Assembly (NCBI GenBank): GCA_045642105.1
Contig: JAZUII010000013.1
Location: 11,669 to 75,668, forward strand
DNA length: 64,000 nucleotides
Origin: Anaerovoracaceae bacterium
GTDB lineage: Bacteria > Bacillota > Clostridia > Peptostreptococcales > Anaerovoracaceae
Direction: 5' to 3'
The notes beneath the pieces are model-generated. The model was not told where the DNA came from. It was given only the letters and a program-made list of their open reading frames with translations, and did not search any database. A program made the translations under genes and the position numbers. Shown here one piece after another: positions 61,032 to 64,000 of this stretch (positions are counted from its first letter, which is position 1; each line of letters opens with the position of its first letter).

Positions 61032-62447
61032 TTAATCCTCATTCATGTCTCTCGGAATTCTGATAGTGACCTGTGTTCCCTTATTCAGTTCACTTTTGAT
61101 AACGACTGTTCCTTTTACCATTTGTTTCAGACTGTCTCTGACATTCTGTATGCCGATATGGCTTCTTCCATCGGCTTTTTCAAGACCAACGTCAAAACCG
61201 CTGCCATTATCCTCAATCACTATCTCATAAAAGTCTTCAATAACCCTCGTTTTGAGCTGAACACGAAGCACACCTTCTGCTTTCCCCATCATTCCATGCT
61301 TTATTGCATTCTCTACCAGCGGCTGTACAGACAGCGGAGGCAGATAAAAATCTTCTGCTTCTATGTTTTCTTCGTATTTCAGGTCATCTTCAAAACGCAT
61401 TTGCTCCAGCCACACATAATTTCGAATATGTTCAAGCTCCTGTGAAAAAGCAATCAGCGGCTGTTCATTCATTGCATCCATATTTACCCGCAGATATTTC
61501 GCGAATCGATGAATTGCCGTTCTCGCTGCATCTGCATCAGTTCTGCACAGCTGCTCAATGCTTCCAAGACAGTTGAAAATGAAATGCGGTCTGATCTGCG
61601 AACGGGTCAGCTGATTCCTCTGCCATGCAATCTCCGCATCCTTTCTTGCATTTTCAATTGCTGACAATTGTATTTCTCTGCCCTGTCTTATGTATATGTT
61701 GCCATAAATAATCATAAGAGAAATGAAGGCTCCCATAAACAGTGTTGGCGGCAGGCCTGTAGTGTTATACCACATACTTATGACAACCGGAACGATTGCA
61801 TATACCATATAATTGATTTTCATCCATAAAGAAATTTTCTGTCTGGCCACAATGAAACAGCTGTATCCAAACAGGCAAACGAAAGGAATATATCCAATTA
61901 CAATTCCCGGCATATTGCTTATATAAGTGCCATCCTCATCAATAACATAAAAGTATCCACCCAAGCAGTTCAGTAGCTCTGCAATTATGCCAATAGCTAT
62001 TACGATGTTTACCCCCAGCTTCTTTGCAGCTTCTCCCTGCTCTCTAATATTCAGCGAAGTCCACATGTATTTAATATAGCCACCGGTGCTGATGAGCATT
62101 AATGAATTGCTTGTGATATTACATAGGTAGTTTACAACCCTCAGCTCTTTTATTCCGTCTACGCTCCATGTTCCCACCTCAAAGAACAGGATAAAGAATA
62201 TCATGATACTGAGGTTCATGAAGCTGACACTGCCTTTTGTCTTTCCACCGCGAATGCAGCTGTTAAGCATAATAATCAGGATAAACATTGCTATCCAGTC
62301 AAAAGAAATGTTTACAACGCTTATAGCTTCAAGTCTGTTTATATCCATTATCACTGAGAGCAGTATATTAAGCAGAAGCAGAAAAACTTCTATCCACATC
62401 CACTTGATATACTTGCCATCAATGGTTTGTGCTGTTTCTCTTTTCAC
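61032..62447 (-). CDS. LytS/YehU-type sensor histidine kinase with polytopic N-terminal sensor
   Basis: AAGGAGG lies 6 nt before GTG 62447 (the ORF opens at 62543, inside a terminator). RSQIRPHFIFNCLGSI H-box. HATPase VENAIKHG...IEDNGSGF. Confidence 0.8.
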   Translation of the reverse strand: MKRETAQTIDGKYIKWMWIEVFLLLLNILLSVIMDINRLEAISVVNISFDWIAMFILIIMLNSCIRGGKTKGSVSFMNLSIMIFFILFFEVGTWSVDGIKELRVVNYLCNITSNSLMLISTGGYIKYMWTSLNIREQGEAAKKLGVNIVIAIGIIAELLNCLGGYFYVIDEDGTYISNMPGIVIGYIPFVCLFGYSCFIVARQKISLWMKINYMVYAIVPVVISMWYNTTGLPPTLFMGAFISLMIIYGNIYIRQGREIQLSAIENARKDAEIAWQRNQLTRSQIRPHFIFNCLGSIEQLCRTDADAARTAIHRFAKYLRVNMDAMNEQPLIAFSQELEHIRNYVWLEQMRFEDDLKYEENIEAEDFYLPPLSVQPLVENAIKHGMMGKAEGVLRVQLKTRVIEDFYEIVIEDNGSGFDVGLEKADGRSHIGIQNVRDSLKQMVKGTVVIKSELNKGTQVTIRIPRDMNED

Positions 62448-62526
62448 AGATTGCCTCCTTAAATAATAGAAGTTTATCATAATAATGGCGACAGAATAGT
62501 TACATATCAAATTTGTGCCTGCGATG

Positions 62527-62578
62527 AAAAAAGGGGGCTGCACTCCTAACGAAATTTATTCGTTAGTGCGACAGCCCC
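62527..62578 (-). terminator. intrinsic terminator after the adhesin gene
   Basis: ggggctg..ctaacga..tcgttag..cagcccc compound hairpin followed by U6 on the minus strand. Confidence 0.7.
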
Positions 62579-62588
62579 AGGTATCATG

Positions 62589-64000
62589 CTATATTCTCTT
62601 TCTCTTGTAGCATACAGTTCCTGTCAGTATTACACCACTTGCTGCAAGCAACATCATCCAGATTAGAATATTGCTGCTGTCTCCAGTCTGCGGAGCCGCA
62701 GGGGCTTCATTCTGCGAATCTGTTGAACCGTTCGCAGGCTTTACTGTAAAGTTTGTAGAAGCACTGCCATCGGTGGAAGCAATTTCTATAGAATGCTTAC
62801 CCAGCTTCAGTGTTTCTAAGTAGGAAGGTTTAAGTTCGATTATTGTAGATCCTTCCTTCGCAGTATAGTTTGTTTCAGCAATAGTCTTGCCGTCCACCTT
62901 TACACTGTCGAATTTTGCAAATGCAGCATTGGATCTGAACTGAAGTCCGTTGTCACTGCCCTTTGTCCATGTGCTGTTAGCTCCATTAATGATAATGTAC
63001 TTCACAGGGTCTTGGGAACCGTTTTTAGCATCCTCAATTGCTTTGAGTCCATCTTTCTTTGCTGCTTCAACGCCTTCAATGGTAGTTGCTGCATCAATGG
63101 CCTTCTTCGCTTTATCCGCAGCAGCCTTTACTGCATCGGAAGCACCTGCAGGTACTGCATCATCGATTGCTTTCTTTGCTTCTTCCTTTGCAGGAGCAAG
63201 CTCCTTTTCCAGCTGAAGCTGTGCTGCTACAGCCTTGCTTGCATTTTCGATAATCTCATCATACTGATCAGGATTATCATTTTTCTGGATTGCATCGCAG
63301 GCATCATTGATAATCTTCTTTACTGCATTAGAAGCATTTTCAGGAAGAAGCTCCTTAACCTCTTTGCGTGCATCATCCTTTGCAAGCTGCACATCAAGCT
63401 TTAACATATATTCCTTAGTAATCTTAGTAACTTCTTCTGTACTCTCAGCTTTTAAAAGCTTTTCAACTGCTTCTTCTGCTATATCTTTAATATCATCCGA
63501 GTATTTGTCGGAATCGATATATTTATTAAATCCGTCGATGCTCTTATCCCTATTGATGCAAACACTGATTTTATCTTTATTGGTATTATAGATTTCGTCA
63601 ATCTTTGCAATGGATGTTGCTTCATTAAGAGCCTTTAGCATCTCAGACACAAAGGCTTTTGTTTCATCAGTAGCAACATCTGTAAGTGCAGATTTGAATG
63701 CATTCGTATAGCCCGAGAGCATACCTGTAAATGCGCTATCTTTACTCATAGCCTGACCCTGTGCATTATAGAATATACTGTTCACCTGGTCGAGGGTTTC
63801 AGCATCATTAAGGTCTGTAACAGCTTTGTTCAAAATTGCCTTTGCTTCGTCACACTTTGCGGCAGGCAGAAGTTCATTCTTAATCTTATCCTGAAACTCA
63901 ACTTTCTTTTCAGCTGCCTGCATTTTTGAAAGTGCCTTCCCATAAATGTCATTTAACTCTTCAATGGATTTTGCGTTCTTGATATCTTCAATAGCTGCAT
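62589..64000 (-). CDS. wall-anchored alpha-helical repeat surface protein (5' end outside the window)
   Basis: The reading frame stays open to the window edge. Repeated helical A/K/E-rich units, a C-terminal beta domain, then a sortase-type signal PQTGD, TM and KRKRI. Confidence 0.75.
   Translation of the reverse strand, partial: AAIEDIKNAKSIEELNDIYGKALSKMQAAEKKVEFQDKIKNELLPAAKCDEAKAILNKAVTDLNDAETLDQVNSIFYNAQGQAMSKDSAFTGMLSGYTNAFKSALTDVATDETKAFVSEMLKALNEATSIAKIDEIYNTNKDKISVCINRDKSIDGFNKYIDSDKYSDDIKDIAEEAVEKLLKAESTEEVTKITKEYMLKLDVQLAKDDARKEVKELLPENASNAVKKIINDACDAIQKNDNPDQYDEIIENASKAVAAQLQLEKELAPAKEEAKKAIDDAVPAGASDAVKAAADKAKKAIDAATTIEGVEAAKKDGLKAIEDAKNGSQDPVKYIIINGANSTWTKGSDNGLQFRSNAAFAKFDSVKVDGKTIAETNYTAKEGSTIIELKPSYLETLKLGKHSIEIASTDGSASTNFTVKPANGSTDSQNEAPAAPQTGDSSNILIWMMLLAASGVILTGTVCYKRKRI

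Noticed and set aside
62448-62543. N-terminal 32-aa extension of the histidine kinase ORF (MQPPFFIAG...)
   Set aside because: These codons are the complement of the upstream gene's terminator hairpin and U-tract. A strong AAGGAGG followed by GTG at 62447 gives a sensible start.

Overview
This 64-kb chromosomal segment is about 90% coding, with most genes on the minus strand. Gene content suggests an anaerobic Firmicutes genome (Clostridia, Lachnospiraceae-like); this is an inference, not a search result. All family names come from motifs I recognise by eye; no database was searched. Ordinary content: rpsI-rplM, alr, ung, thrH, rubrerythrin, a CoA-transferase, tRNA-Arg(CCT), two MATE pumps, EamA, CaCA and MFS transporters, a LexA-boxed Y-family polymerase/YolD pair, and a COG0523 metallochaperone pair. 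Three accessory blocks stand out. (1) A 14.4-kb run of 12 tightly packed minus-strand genes (20499 down to 6135). It joins an AOR-like protein, a FecBCD/BtuFCD-type ABC importer, an ExbB/MotA-like plus DUF2149/ExbD-like pair, three secreted surface proteins, and YqeC/XdhC/HMA cofactor-maturation genes. The motor pair with a C-terminally anchored spacer protein, in what looks like a monoderm, is my best candidate for an undescribed energised uptake system. (2) An integrative mobilizable element of about 11 kb (42434-53606) next to tRNA-Arg, bracketed by a 45-nt repeat. It carries a large serine recombinase, a TA pair, a MobV relaxase, a RepA-like ATPase and a double-glycine bacteriocin locus. 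That operon is preceded by a promoter, a sequence that reads as a c-di-GMP-I (GEMM-I) riboswitch, and an intrinsic terminator. Its mobilization operon has a LexA box and a roughly 430-nt structured leader. (3) An adhesin block containing a PI-PLC-like enzyme on an isopeptide-domain stalk, FN3-tailed secreted proteins and a LytS-type kinase with a SARP-like regulator. I saw no rRNA, CRISPR array or phage structural genes.
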